From an uncultured Planctomycetota bacterium (GTDB lineage: Bacteria > Planctomycetota > Planctomycetia > Isosphaerales > Isosphaeraceae), in NCBI GenBank assembly GCA_963823665.1, contig CAWGMQ010000005.1, positions 416,001-480,000 of the forward strand: 64,000 nt of DNA, given 5' to 3'. The translations under genes and the position numbers were made by a program. Under the pieces are notes generated by a model. The model was not told the DNA's origin. It did no database searches and was given only the letters and a program-made list of their open reading frames with translations. Every line of letters starts with the position of its first letter. Positions within the stretch are counted from its first letter, which is position 1. Positions 10,103 to 21,052 of the stretch are shown here, one piece after another.

Positions 10103-11164
10103 TGCGATTCTCCGGAACGCACGGGCCGCAATGCAGCGAACACCCCGTGCAACCCCATCATCTGCTCCTCGCTCAGCGATCTGGTCCGGTTCAACAATGC
10201 CCGCGCGCGCTCATCCACCGCGGCGACTGCCTGCTGTTCCTCGTCGGTCAAAGTCAGAACGCGAAGCACGAGCATCTCGTCGATCTCCGTGCCGTCGAAG
10301 AAGTCGCCGGGGCTTTCGGCGGCGATTTGCGGGTAGTCGTAGAGCGTGATCGGCGAAGAGAGCATGGTGTCGCGCTCGCCTTCGCTGCCGACGAGCACAG
10401 GCCAGGCCCCCTCGTTGCGGCACTGAGCGGCCAGCGAAGTGCATTCCTCGGGCGGATCAATCAACGACAAGAACTCAGCATGTTGCACGCTCAGGATGGT
10501 GTGCGTTGAAGCCATCGCCGCTAGCACCGCCTGGTCGCGGCAACTCTTGTCGAGCTGGTCGAACGCTGTGTTGTTCTCGATCCGCACGACAAGCTTGAAC
10601 AATCCGTCGCCCAGCTCGTGAGCGGAAACCTGGACGCGAACGGTGACGGAGCGCTGCTCGCGCGATATGACCGCCTCGATGTCGCCGGAGTGGCCGCGCA
10701 CGGGCTCGATGCTTCCGCCTGCCGGAAAAGTCATCTTGCTGCTGCCGCGGCTCGCGCGCCAGCGAATCCAGATCCAGCCCCTCAAGAACTACTTCCCGCT
10801 GCACGGCTTCTTGCCAGGTCTGGAGCAGCCGGTCGCCGACTTTGAGCTCCTCGACGAAATGGAAGACCGGCGCCTCGGTTTCATCCAGCTCAGCCACGCG
10901 GCAATCGCGCTGCCCGACCAGCCGGGCCTGGAGATGCAGGAACCGCACCTCCACTCGAGCCACCGTATTCCCGGTCCCCCGGAGCAGGCACTCCGTCTGC
11001 ATGGACCAGGCGTCGCCGGTTTTCTGCGCTTCACAATAATCGCGAGGATACAAGCCGCCGAACGTCCACCGCTGCCGGTTCTTGACCGACGGCCGATAGG
11101 GGTAGAGGATGTACCCCTCGTAGAGGACCGCATCGACAATCTGGTCCACCAGAGGCTGGTTCAT
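10099..11164 (-). CDS. Group 1h hydrogenase accessory protein (HhaC-like; frameshift near 10735)
   Basis: IVDAVLYEGYILYPYRPS.KNRQRWTFG...WQEAVQRE, then MLSSPITLYDYPQIAAESPGDFFDGTEIDEMLVLR. Confidence 0.8.
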
Positions 11165-11866
11165 GAGACGGAGTCTCTCCGGAATCTCGCCCCGGCGCCG
11201 GCGAATGTGGTTCACCGTCCAGAGAGGCGCCGAGCAAGCGCTCCAGTGCTTGTTCCCAGGTGGGCACGCCGTGACGGCTCTTAAACTCGTAGAGCCGATC
11301 GAACACATCCTTGCGCAAGCAGAGCCAGGCACTGTTGGGATAATACTGCTCCATCATTTCCTTCCAGACGGATACCCTCAGGCGGAAAGGCCGCTTCCCT
11401 GTCCCAGGGGATTTGCGCCACTTGCAGGGCACCGTCGTCGGCTTCGTGAAACATCGTGCCGCTGAAGAGGAGGTTCACGGGAATCTCTCCTCCCTCCAGG
11501 GCATAGAAGTACTTGGTCACCGCCACGTTGAAGTCGTACGTGCACGGAACGGGCAAGTCGACGACGATGGAATCGGTGAACGGCCCGATGCCGACGTTGG
11601 CGTGGGTCCAGAGCATGAGCCGGAGCGTCTGGCCCCAGCGCGAGGGTCTGTCGAAGAGGTCGAGCAGCTTTTCCTGTTCCGGGCTCGTGTAACCGCGACG
11701 GCCCGGCTCGATGCGAATCTGGCACTGGAGCGCGACGGCATGGATGGGAACGAGCTTCCGCACCGGTGGCCGCGGTTTGGCTGACGTGCAGCTTGAATCT
11801 CAACAATGGCCCGACCGCGAAAGGCTCCGGTTCTGCGGACTCGACCTTGAACTTGAGATCAGGCAT
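11161..11866 (-). CDS. DUF6084-like hydrogenase accessory protein (HhaB-like; several frameshifts, end approximate)
   Basis: MPDLKFKVES...IHAVALQCQIRIEP...PCTYDFNVAVTKYFYAL..GEIP..LLFSGT...WKEMMEQYYPNSAWL across three frames. Confidence 0.8.
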
Positions 11867-12500
11867 GGCAGCGTATCTCGCCCCGAGTCGATTGTTGGTT
11901 CAAGCCGGCGAAGAACTGGCCAATTTCCTGCCAAACTTCCGCGCCGCCGGACAACCCTCGCCAGCCGGCCCGGATGATCCCTACGAGCCGGTAGCAGGCA
12001 TCGATCGGCACCCGATAGTGTTCTCGCGCGGGCCCCAGACGATTGACGAGGAGTGCTTCCACGTCGGGCTCGAGCTCGCGCAGGCCCGGGTTTTCTTCCT
12101 CGAGTTGTTGCCAGGCCTCCAAGGTCAGAAGCGATTCCGTGCCGCCGGCGGGACTTGGGTAGATGGCGACGACCCGCTCCGCGCGAGTACTCCGGAAGAA
12201 GAAGGCCAGGTTGATCGGGAGGTGCAGCTCCTCCCATTGCGCATCCGTCAGCCGAAAGTCGCTCAGAAACTCGACGTCCCGGGGCACGCGGCGGTAGCGA
12301 GCGCCGGGCTGGCCGCTGAAGAGGATGGCACAAGCGGTGCACGAACAGACGAGGCGCCCGACGGCCGGCTCGACCAGGTGTTCGTGATGAGGCGGTAGTG
12401 GGGCGCTGCACAGCTCGCAAGACTCAGCGGCGGGGCGCTTCCGCGTGAATCTGCGAAGTGCGGCGAATGAATTCTGGCCGAATTCGGATTCTGGCGTCAT
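11859..12500 (-). CDS. DUF5947-like hydrogenase accessory protein (HhaA-like)
   Basis: CELC...HEHLV...CSCTAC, YPSPAGGTESLL, DVEALLV, PIDACYRLVG. Confidence 0.85.
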   Translation of the reverse strand: MTPESEFGQNSFAALRRFTRKRPAAESCELCSAPLPPHHEHLVEPAVGRLVCSCTACAILFSGQPGARYRRVPRDVEFLSDFRLTDAQWEELHLPINLAFFFRSTRAERVVAIYPSPAGGTESLLTLEAWQQLEEENPGLRELEPDVEALLVNRLGPAREHYRVPIDACYRLVGIIRAGWRGLSGGAEVWQEIGQFFAGLNQQSTRGEIRCHA

Positions 12501-12527
12501 CTCATCGCGCCCTGTGTTTGAACCGAA

Positions 12528-13090
12528 TCACTGCCCGAGGATAGGCAGGGCGATCCGCGCTAGACCGTCTTTCGCCACGTGCCCGTTCGTCGCCGGTTGA
12601 TCGACCTCGATCGCCGTCACATCCGGGGCTTTCTCGTAGATCGCCGCCTCGATTGCGTGCTTGAGGGTCATGGCCGACGACGGGCAGCCGTCACAGCTTC
12701 CGAGCATTCGCAAGCGTACCACGCCGCCGGAAAGGTCCAGGAGTTCGACATTGCCCCCGTGTGAGCGCAAGAGCGGCCGGACCTTATCGAGCGCCTGTCG
12801 CACGCGGGTTTCCAGATCCAAGCGGATGAAGCCCGTGGAGCAAAAGTATCGACGCGACCAGGTCATCTTCTACGAGCGCATCGATCAATGCGGCGCTTCG
12901 TCTCCCCGGTGTCAGCCACCGTTTCCAGAATGCGCTCGAACGCGGCGCCGTGCAGCTCGATGACGGTCCTGAGAAGCTCCTGAGTGCTCGCGCGCACGGC
13001 GGCGTCCGAAAATCGCTCGACCTCGTGGATCAAGGCCTCGACGCGCTCGATGCGGCTGCGAAATTCTCGGGCTTCTTTGGAACTGGCCAT
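12528..13090 (-). CDS. NifU-like Fe-S protein of group 1h clusters (HhyE-like; frameshifts)
   Basis: N-terminal helical part (IELHGAAFERIL) plus a NifU C-domain, RVRQALDKVRPLLRSHGGNVEL...GSCDGCPSSAMTL. Confidence 0.85.
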
Positions 13091-13102
13091 TCGTGCTCCT
13101 TG

Positions 13103-14902
13103 CTACTCTTGCATACCGAACATCGGCACGTGCCTGGTCTCGAGGACCTTGCCTTCACCCAGGTACATGTGCACTCCGCACGGCAGGCAGGGATCGAAGC
13201 TGCGCACGGCCCGCATGATGTCGATGCCTTTGAACTTGTCGGGGCCATTCTCCTCGAAGATCGGCGTGTTCTGGACGGCATCCTCGTAGGGGCCGGGCGT
13301 GCCGTAGATGTCGCGGGGATTGGCATTCCAGGGCGTGGGCGGGTACGGGTGGTAGTTGGCGATCTTGCCCTTCCTGATCACCACATGGTGCGACAGCACG
13401 CCGCGAACCGCCTCATGGAAACCGCAGCCGATCGCCTCGTCGGGAACGGTGAACTCGGTCCAGGTCTTGGTTCGCCCGGCGTGCAGCTCCTTGAGGGCCT
13501 GCTCGACGAAGTAGTACGCACAGGCGGCGGCGTATGCCTGGAAGTAAGTTCGGGCCCGGTCGCGTTCGATGGCGTTGCTCCACTTGGGGACTTTCCATTC
13601 GAACTCGACTTCGGGCTTGGACGCCGTTCTTGGGCAGGTAGATCTTGACGCTCGAGCCCGTCGACTTCACGTAACCGATGTCAACCATATTCGACAGCGC
13701 GGTCGCCCACAACCGGGCGATGGCGCCGCCGCCGGTGTCGAGCGCGAGGTGCTCCTTGGTGCGCTTGTCGATACCAGCGTGGCGACATCACCCAGGTGTA
13801 CTTGTCGTCGAAATTGCGTTTCTGCGGCCGGGGAATGGTGGTCTGGTTCCAAGGGTGACGGCGGTCGACCGGGTTGCCGAGCGGGTCCTTCTCGACGAAG
13901 ATCTCGCTGTTATCCCAGTCGTCGTAGTAGGACGAACCCAGCAGGATGCGGATGTTGAGGTTGATGTCCACCAGGTCGTTCGTGACGACCTTGCCGTCGA
14001 CGATCACGGCGGGCGTGACGAACATCTTCCGCCCCCAGGCGTTCATGTTCTTGTAGGTGTAGTCGCAGGCTGCGGGGTCGTTGAACGAGCCCCAGCAGGC
14101 CAGCAGCGTGCGGCGGTAACCCACCTTCTCGTAGCCGGGCAGGGCTTCGTAGAAGAAGTCGAACAGGTCATCGTGCAGGGGCACGCACTTCTTCATGAAC
14201 TCGGCGTAGCGGGCCAGGCGAACGAGGTAGTCGGTGAAGAGCTGGACAGTGGGAACGGTGCCGACGCCGCCCGGGTAGAGTGTGGACGGGTGGACGTGGC
14301 GGCCTTCCATCAGACAGAACATTTCACGGGTGTAGCGGCTGACGTGCAGCGTCTCACGGTAGAAGTCGCCGGTGAAGGGGTTGAGCGCCCGCATGATGTC
14401 GGCGATGGTTTTGTAGCCGTGGTCCTCGGCGTGGGGCGACGGCGTGCGCTGGGCCTTCTCCCAGACGCCGGGATTGGTTTCCTTGACCATCTGCTCGCAG
14501 AAGTCGACGCCGACGAGATTGTCCTGGAAGATGTTGTGGTCGAACATGTACTCGGCGGCCTCGCCCAGATTGACGATCCACTCGGCGATGGCCGGCGGTC
14601 GAATGCCGAACGCCATGTTCTGGGCGTACGTCGCGCAGGTTGCGTGGTTGTCGCCGCAGATGCCGCAGATGCGGCTGGTGATGAAATGGGCGTCGCGCGG
14701 GTCTTTGTTCTTCATGAAGATGCTGTAGCCGCGGAAGATCGCCGAGGTGCTGTGGCACTCGGCGACTTGCCGGTTGTCGAAGTCGATCTTGGTGAAGATG
14801 CCCAGGCTGCCGACGATCCGGGTGATCGGGTCCCAGGACATCTCGACCAGTTTGCGGGGTTCGGTCGGCGCCTTCTTCTCGGGGAGAGTCGCAGTAGCTC
14901 AT
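13103..14902 (-). CDS. hhyL: Group 1h [NiFe]-hydrogenase large subunit (frameshifts near 14899, 13771, 13630)
   Basis: MSWDPITRIVGSLG, L1 TSRICGICGDNH and L2 RSFDPCLPCGVH are group 1h signatures; about 600 codons when joined; 21-aa extension after L2. Confidence 0.93.
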
Positions 14903-14916
14903 TCGACCAATCCTTT

Positions 14917-15995
14917 CTAGCCTTGTTGCGAGTAAGTGGTGGGATGATAACCGGTCGTCAGCTCGGAGCGCCGTGCCGCCAGCTCGGTTCCTTGTTGACG
15001 GTGGTGTTGGTGAAGCCGCGCAACGACCGGATCATCCGGCCGTAGATCCCGATCGCGTTGGTCGACAGCTTGGCGCCGGGCGGCTCGTCCATGAACGGCA
15101 TGAACTTGTCGGGGAATCCGGGCATCGTGCAGCCGATGCAGATGCCGCCGACGTTGGGGCAGCCGCCGATGCCGGCCATCCAGCCGCGCTTGGGCACATT
15201 GCAATTCACCACCGGCCCCCAGCAGCCCAGCTTGACCAGGCACTTGGGCGAGCCATACTCCGTGGTGAAATCGCCCTGTTCGTAGTAGCCGGCCCGATCG
15301 CAGCCTTCGTGCACCGTGTTGCCGAAGAGCCACTTGGGCCGGCCGCAGGTCGTCGAGCGGAATCATGGGCGCCAGGCCCGCGACCTGGATAGAGCAGGTA
15401 CAGGAAGGTCTCCATGAAGTTATCGGGCTGGACTGGACAACCCGGCACATTCACGATCGGGAGGCCTGCCTTCGACTTCCAATCCCAGCCCAGGTAGTCG
15501 CGCCAGGCCCATGCACCCGGTCGGGTTGCCTTCCATTGCGTGAATGCCGCCGTAGGTGGCGCAGGTGCCGGCCGCGACCACCGCCAGCGCCTTGGGAGCC
15601 AGACGATCGATCCATTCGTTGGTCGTGATCGGCTGGCCGGTCCGCTTGTCGGTGCCGAGCGCAGCCCAGTAGCCTTCGCTCTTGATCTTCTCGTTGGGTA
15701 TCGACCCTTCCACCACCAGCACGAACGGGTCGAGCCGGCCCTCCTCGGCCTGGTACCAGTATTTCATGAACTCGTCACCGACCTCGTACGCCAGCACCGG
15801 GTTGTGCAGGTGGACCTTGGGGAGCCCCGGAATGGCCCCCATGATCACGTCCTCCAGACTCGGCTGGGTGGCGGCGGTGATCGAGACCGAGTCGCCATCA
15901 CAGCCCAGACCGGCCGTGATCCACACGACATGCACCTCTTTGACAGCCGGTGCGCGTTGAGTTCGGCGCCCGTGGGGGACCGTTGCTTCAGCCAT
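14917..15995 (-). CDS. hhyS: Group 1h [NiFe]-hydrogenase small subunit (about four frameshifts)
   Basis: WITAGLGCDGDSV, GTCATYGG, VPGCPVQPDN, HEGCDR, CLVKLGCWGPVVNC, GGCPNVGGICIGCTMPGFPD; no Tat hydrophobic segment. Confidence 0.93.
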
Positions 15996-16127
15996 CGCCA
16001 GAGCGCTCCTTTTCACGAGGTGAGTGTCGAGTTGATTCAATTCGGATGACGAATGAGCGAGGAACAGCACCGCGCGCGACGTACCAGACCAGGGTCTTCG
16101 TGACGATCCTCTAGAAGTTCAACGCAA

Positions 16128-16144
16128 TGCACGAATCGTGCCAA
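16128..16144 (-). promoter_or_regulatory. Sigma54 (-24/-12) promoter for hhyS
   Basis: Minus strand TTGGCACGATTCGTGCA has exact GG-N10-GC spacing, about 130 bp upstream of the hhyS ATG. Confidence 0.8.
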
Positions 16145-16248
16145 AGGAGCGACTGATGGGATTTGAGCCCTAACATGTCTGCCTCTTTAGAATTAGGCAG
16201 ACGGCGACGGCGGCCGGGATATCAAGATGCAGCCTGGGGTTCCCATTC

Positions 16249-16268
16249 TTTCGGGAAAATTCCCGAAA
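16249..16268. promoter_or_regulatory. Palindromic candidate enhancer (UAS) for the sigma54 activator
   Basis: TTTCGGGAA-AA-TTCCCGAAA, 9-bp arms, about 105-125 bp upstream of the -24 element and just after the activator stop codon. Confidence 0.55.
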
Positions 16269-16278
16269 TATCGTCGGT

Positions 16279-17943
16279 CTAACGATCCCGTTTGATGCCG
16301 AGCTTGGCCATCTCGTGATTCGAGAGTTGTCGGCTTGAGACCAAGGATGGCGGCCGCTCCGTTCTTGCCGCTGACGCGCCAGCCGGTCTTCTGAAGGACC
16401 GCCAGGATCTGGCAGCGCTGGGTGTCGTCCAGCGTCAATCCGTTGGCCGGCACTGGAGCACCGGAAGAAATGGCCGGCGCGAAGGTCGTGCCGTTGGACA
16501 GCGACGGCAACTCGACTTGGAGTGTCGGGCCCTGGGTGACGATCATGGCGCGCTCGATGACGTTGCGCAGCTCGCGAATGTTTCCGGGCCAGGGGTAGCG
16601 CTTGAGCGTCTCCATCGGTGGCTTGCGGGATGGAGTCGATCTTCCGGCCCATGGTTCGGCCGAACTCTCTGACGAACGACCAGGCCAGAAGCGGAATGTC
16701 ATCGACGCCGCTCTCGGAGTGCAGGCAGGCGGATCGGGAACACGTTCAAGCGATAGAAGAGGTCCTCACGGAATCGCCCTTCCTTGACCATCGTTTCCAG
16801 GTCTCGGTTACTCGCGGCGATGATGCGCACGTTGGCCGAGAGGGTGCGGGTGCTGCCCAGGCGCTCGAACTGGCCGAACTGAAGGACCCGCAGCAGCTTG
16901 ACCTGCACCTCGAGGGGCAGCTCGCCGATCTCATCGAGGAAGAGGGTGGAACCGTCGGCCTGCTCGAAACGGCCGATCTGCCGCGTCATGGCGCCGGTGT
17001 AGGCGCCTTTTTCGTGGCCAAACAGCTCGCTTTCGATCAGTGTGGCCGGCAAGGCGGCGCCGCTCACCGTCAGCATGGGCCGGGCTCGCCGCGGGCTGCT
17101 GCTGTGAATGGCGCGGGCCAGCAGCTCCTTACCCGTGCCGGTCTCGCCAAGCAGGAGCACGGTCGCCGACGTGCCGGCCACTTGCTCCACCTGGTGCAGC
17201 ACCCTGCTGATGGCTGGAGTCTGCCCGACGATCTCGCCGAAGTTGCACTTGAGCTTGATCTCCTCCTGGAGGTAGACGTTGTCTGCCTGCAACTGGTCCT
17301 TGAGGCGTCTGATCTCGTCGTAGGCGGCAAGCGTGGCCTCCTCGGCTCGCTTGCGCTCGGTGATGTCGAAGGCCACGCCGTGCAGGAACGACGGCGCTCC
17401 GTGTTCGTCCATCACCAGCTTGGCTTCACCGTGGACCCAAACGACACGCCCGTCGCGGGCGAGGAACCGGAATTCGGCGCGAAGGCGCTCGCCGGAGAAA
17501 CAGGTGCGGGCGAAGCTCTCGGTCCACCGGACCTGGTCTTCCGGGTGCAACTGCCGGTACCAGAGGAAGGGCTCTTCCAGCCATTCCTGAGCCGAAAAGC
17601 CGAGCAGCTCCTCGATCTGCGGACTGACGTACAATTCGCTCGTGCTTCCGTCCAGCGGTGCCATGAAGGTCACCGCGGGGATTTGCTCCACCAGTGCACG
17701 GTAGCGGGCCTCGGCCCGGTGAAGCTGCCCGTCGCCGCCCGAGGCACGATTCGCCGAGGTCAGGATGCCCACCAACTGCCAGATATCGCTACCACCAGGC
17801 GGAAGTGCGCCGGCCATTCGCGCCAGGTGATTCTCTGCCTCCTGGTGCGAAGGCGGTTCGCCGCCGCGCGGTTTGCTCAGCGAACCTGGGTTCCGGCCGT
17901 TCCCGGCCTGAGGATCAGGGGGGGCCAACGATTTCCGCTTCAT
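16279..17943 (-). CDS. PAS-domain sigma54-dependent transcriptional activator, FhlA-like AAA+ and Fis HTH (frameshifts)
   Basis: PAS (YVSPQIEELLGFS...LHPEDQ), GETGTGKE, ESELFGHEKGAYTGA, LFLDEIGEL, FREDLFYRLNV, YPWPGNIREL, GAAAILGLKPTTLESR-MAKLGIKRDR*. Confidence 0.9.
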
Positions 17944-17993
17944 GGGGTTACAATCAACTCAACATGGGAATGCTCTTGAGAAGACAATCGGAG

Positions 17994-19073
17994 TCAGCAA
18001 ATCCTGCGGTAGCTGCTCGCCCGCGAGCATGGTGACGACCCGTTCCCCGCCCACGAGCGAGTGCATTGTGACCATGCCCGGATGGTCGTCGACCACCTGG
18101 CCGATGATGGCGGCGTTCTGGCCGAGGGGGTGGTTGCGCATCACCTCCAGGAGTCGATCGGCGTCGCCCTGCGGGCACCACGGCAATCAATTTCCCCTCA
18201 TTGGCGACGTAGAGCGGATCGAGCCCCAGAATCTCGCAGGCGGCACGCACTTCGGGCCGGAGCGGAATCGCGGGCTCACGCAGCTCGACACCCACCTTCG
18301 AGGCCGCCGCCAGCTCGTTGAGCGCGCTCGAGAGCCCGCCGCGCGTCGGGTCGCGCATGCAGCGGATTCCAGGACATGCCTCGAGCATCACCCGGGTCAG
18401 GTCGTGGAGAGGGGCGCAGTCGCTTTCCAGTACGGTCTCGAATTCGATTCCCTCGCGCACCGACATGATGGCGATTCCGTGGTCGCCGACCGTGCCGGAG
18501 ACCAGGATGCGATCGCCGGGACGGGCGGCGCGGATCGAGAGCGATCGACCGTCCGGAACCAGACCAATGCCCGACGTGGTGATATAGACCTGGTCGCCCT
18601 TGCCGCGATCGACCACCTTGGTATCGCCGGTGACGAGCCGTGACCCCGGTCAGCGCGCACGCCTCGTGCATGGATGCGACGATTCGCTTCAAATCGGCCA
18701 TCGGCAGACCTTCTTCGAGAATGAATGCGGCCGAAAGGAACAGGGGCAGCGCGCCTCCGACGGCCAGGTCGTTCACGGTGCCGTGCACCGCCAGTTTACC
18801 AATGTCGCCACCCGGGAAAAAAATGGGGCGGACGACAAATGAATCGGTCGTGAATGCCAAGCGGGGAGCCTTGGACCCGTTCATGCCGGCCAGGCTGATG
18901 GTGGCTTGATCCTCAAGCGCGCAGAGGACCTCGTTGGCAAAGGCCGGTACGAACAGCCGCTCGATGAGATCGGCAGTTAACCGGCCGCCGCTGCCGTGGC
19001 CCAGCAAGACGTGCTCGTAGCTGGATAACGGCACGGGGCAGCTAAGCTGATCAAAGTCGATGACTTCAGGCAT
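17994..19073 (-). CDS. hypE: Hydrogenase maturation protein HypE (frameshifts)
   Basis: [52 protein letters not shown]; the C-terminal GEQLPRIC* is restored by removing one base. Confidence 0.93.
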
Positions 19074-20199
19074 TGGCTGTCTCGAGCTGTACCTTCGCGG
19101 CCGGCGCTGGATGCCGGAAGCGTCCGTAATGGTAGTAAGCCGCGCAGGCACCTTCCGACGACACCATGGTTGCCCCGAGCGGATTCTCCGGCGTGCAGGT
19201 TTTTCCGAAGGCCGGGCAGTCATGCGGCTTCTTGAGCCCCTGGAGAATCATTCCGCTGATGCACACACTCGACTCGTCGACTTGAACACCCTCGACCTCG
19301 AAGCGCCGTTCCGCGTCAAAGTCGGCGTAGGCGGGGCTGAGCCGGTAGCCGCTCTCTTGAATCGTGCCAATGCCCCGCCATTTGCGATCGGTGACTTCGA
19401 AGACCTCGCGTATCAAGCGGAGTGCGCCCGGATTCGCTTCGCGGTGCACGGCTCGGGAATACTGATTCTCCACGCCTTGCCGTCCCTCCTCGAGCATACG
19501 GACGCAACGGTAAACTCCCTCCAGGAGATCGAGCGGCTCAAAGCCGGTGATGACAATCGGGATGCCAAATCGCTCGGCCAGCGGCTCATACTCCTCGTAG
19601 CCCATGACCGTGCACACGTGGCCGGCGCCGAGGAAACCTTGCACGCGGTTGGAGGGCGAAGCGAGGATGGCCGTCATTGCCGGCGGCACCAGGACGTGAG
19701 ACACGAGCACCGCGAAGTTCTTGAGCCCGCGGCGCTTGGCTTGCCACACCGCCATGGCGTTGGGCGGCGCGGTGGTCTCGAAGCCGACGGCAAAAAAGAC
19801 GACGGTGCGTGACGGGTTCTGCTCGGCGATCTGGAGACAATCGAGCGGGGAATACACGATACGCACGTCGCCGCCGGCCGCCTTGACGGCAAAGAGATCG
19901 CGCCCGCTCCCGGGCACCCGAAGCATATCGCCGAAGGAGCAAAAAATCACTTCCGGCCGCGAGGCGATTGCAATGGCCTTGTCGATCAGCTCGAGCGGCG
20001 TGACGCACACCGGGCAGCCGGGGCCATGGACCAGCTCAATTCCCGGTGGCAAGAGCTCATCGATGCCGTACTTGACGATGGTGTGCGTTTGCCCGCCGCA
20101 GACTTCCATGATGGTCCACGGTTTGGTGGTGATGGCGAGCAGGGCCTGGCGGAGTTTGGCGGCGGCGGCGGGATCACGATATTCATCAAGGTACTTCAT
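19066..20199 (-). CDS. hypD: Hydrogenase maturation protein HypD
   Basis: [36 protein letters not shown]. Confidence 0.96.
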   Translation of the reverse strand: MKYLDEYRDPAAAAKLRQALLAITTKPWTIMEVCGGQTHTIVKYGIDELLPPGIELVHGPGCPVCVTPLELIDKAIAIASRPEVIFCSFGDMLRVPGSGRDLFAVKAAGGDVRIVYSPLDCLQIAEQNPSRTVVFFAVGFETTAPPNAMAVWQAKRRGLKNFAVLVSHVLVPPAMTAILASPSNRVQGFLGAGHVCTVMGYEEYEPLAERFGIPIVITGFEPLDLLEGVYRCVRMLEEGRQGVENQYSRAVHREANPGALRLIREVFEVTDRKWRGIGTIQESGYRLSPAYADFDAERRFEVEGVQVDESSVCISGMILQGLKKPHDCPAFGKTCTPENPLGATMVSSEGACAAYYHYGRFRHPAPAAKVQLETANA

Positions 20200-20449
20200 G
20201 TGCGTCTCCCGCTCTGAGGTCGGAGAGCTCGTTCATGCCGTCGAGAAACGCGAAGACCTGTTTTGCTTCGGCCTCGTCAATGCGCGACAGCGCGAAGCCG
20301 ACGTGCACGATGACGTATTCGCCGACCTGGGCCTCGGGCACGTGCTCGAGACAGACACGCTTGAAGACACCGCCGAAATCGACCTTGCCCATGAGCACAT
20401 CGTGCTCGCGATAGGTGCTGGTGACTTTTCCCGGGATTCCAAGGCACAT
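20186..20449 (-). CDS. hypC: Hydrogenase chaperone HypC
   Basis: MCLGIPGKV...VDFGGV...[18 protein letters not shown]. Confidence 0.96.
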   Translation of the reverse strand: MCLGIPGKVTSTYREHDVLMGKVDFGGVFKRVCLEHVPEAQVGEYVIVHVGFALSRIDEAEAKQVFAFLDGMNELSDLRAGDAHEVP

Positions 20450-20589
20450 TGGCGTCTCCTCTCTCGATCACGGACGCGAGGGTGGCGAAAAGCCTCGACC
20501 GACCGAAATCGACGATACCCGCACGTCTCGTGCCGGGCTTTCGTCAATGCGGCTCGGCGGGAGCCGCGCCCTTCCCGCTGCCTACGCCG

Positions 20590-20880
20590 GCACTTTCGCC
20601 TTCCGGCAGCGCTGCCGCAATGGCCAACTGTCTCGAATTCAGTCCTCCATTTTTCGGCGGCACGAGCCTGTGATTGGAGCCGCGAAGCCATCACGCTCTA
20701 GCCGCCGATGTACTTCACTGGATAGCCAGGCGTTCATGAAAACCTCGCCGCTCCGAGCAACGGCGTCGAGTTGGGTTGACCCGCCGTTATGGTCGCACAC
20801 CGCGCCGATCAATTCAATCGTCGGGGTTTGAAATCGGGGGTGTGCGATTGCGGTTGGAGTGCCCTCTGCGGCATCGAGCC
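20590..20880 (-). pseudogene. hypF: Degenerate 3' remnant of hypF
   Basis: ...LDAVARSGEVFMNAWLSSEVHRRLERDGF / HRLVPPKNGGLNSRQLAIAAA matches the HypF C-terminus (VxLSGGVFxN...HxxVPPNDGGLSLGQxxxA) with substitutions at conserved positions; immediately upstream of hypC. Confidence 0.75.
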
Positions 20881-21052
20881 CCACGACACGGCGCCCGTAT
20901 AATCGTCGAATTAGAATAGAGAAGGGGTGTCGGACACCTTTCGCCCGCCGCGCATTGTCCGATCGGCGAGCGCCAGAGAAAGGTGTATTGCGGCGACCGC
21001 TCGTGGGGAATAGGAGTATGAGGACAGTCCACTCCTGCGCGGAGGGCAGATC

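Noticed and set aside
13103..14902. [NiFeSe] hydrogenase suggested by selA in the same window
   Set aside because: The L2 motif has ordinary Cys codons (DPCLPC), with no in-frame UGA.
15960..15995. Twin-arginine (GRRTQ) in HhyS as a Tat signal
   Set aside because: No FLK-like consensus or hydrophobic stretch follows, consistent with cytoplasmic group 1h small subunits.
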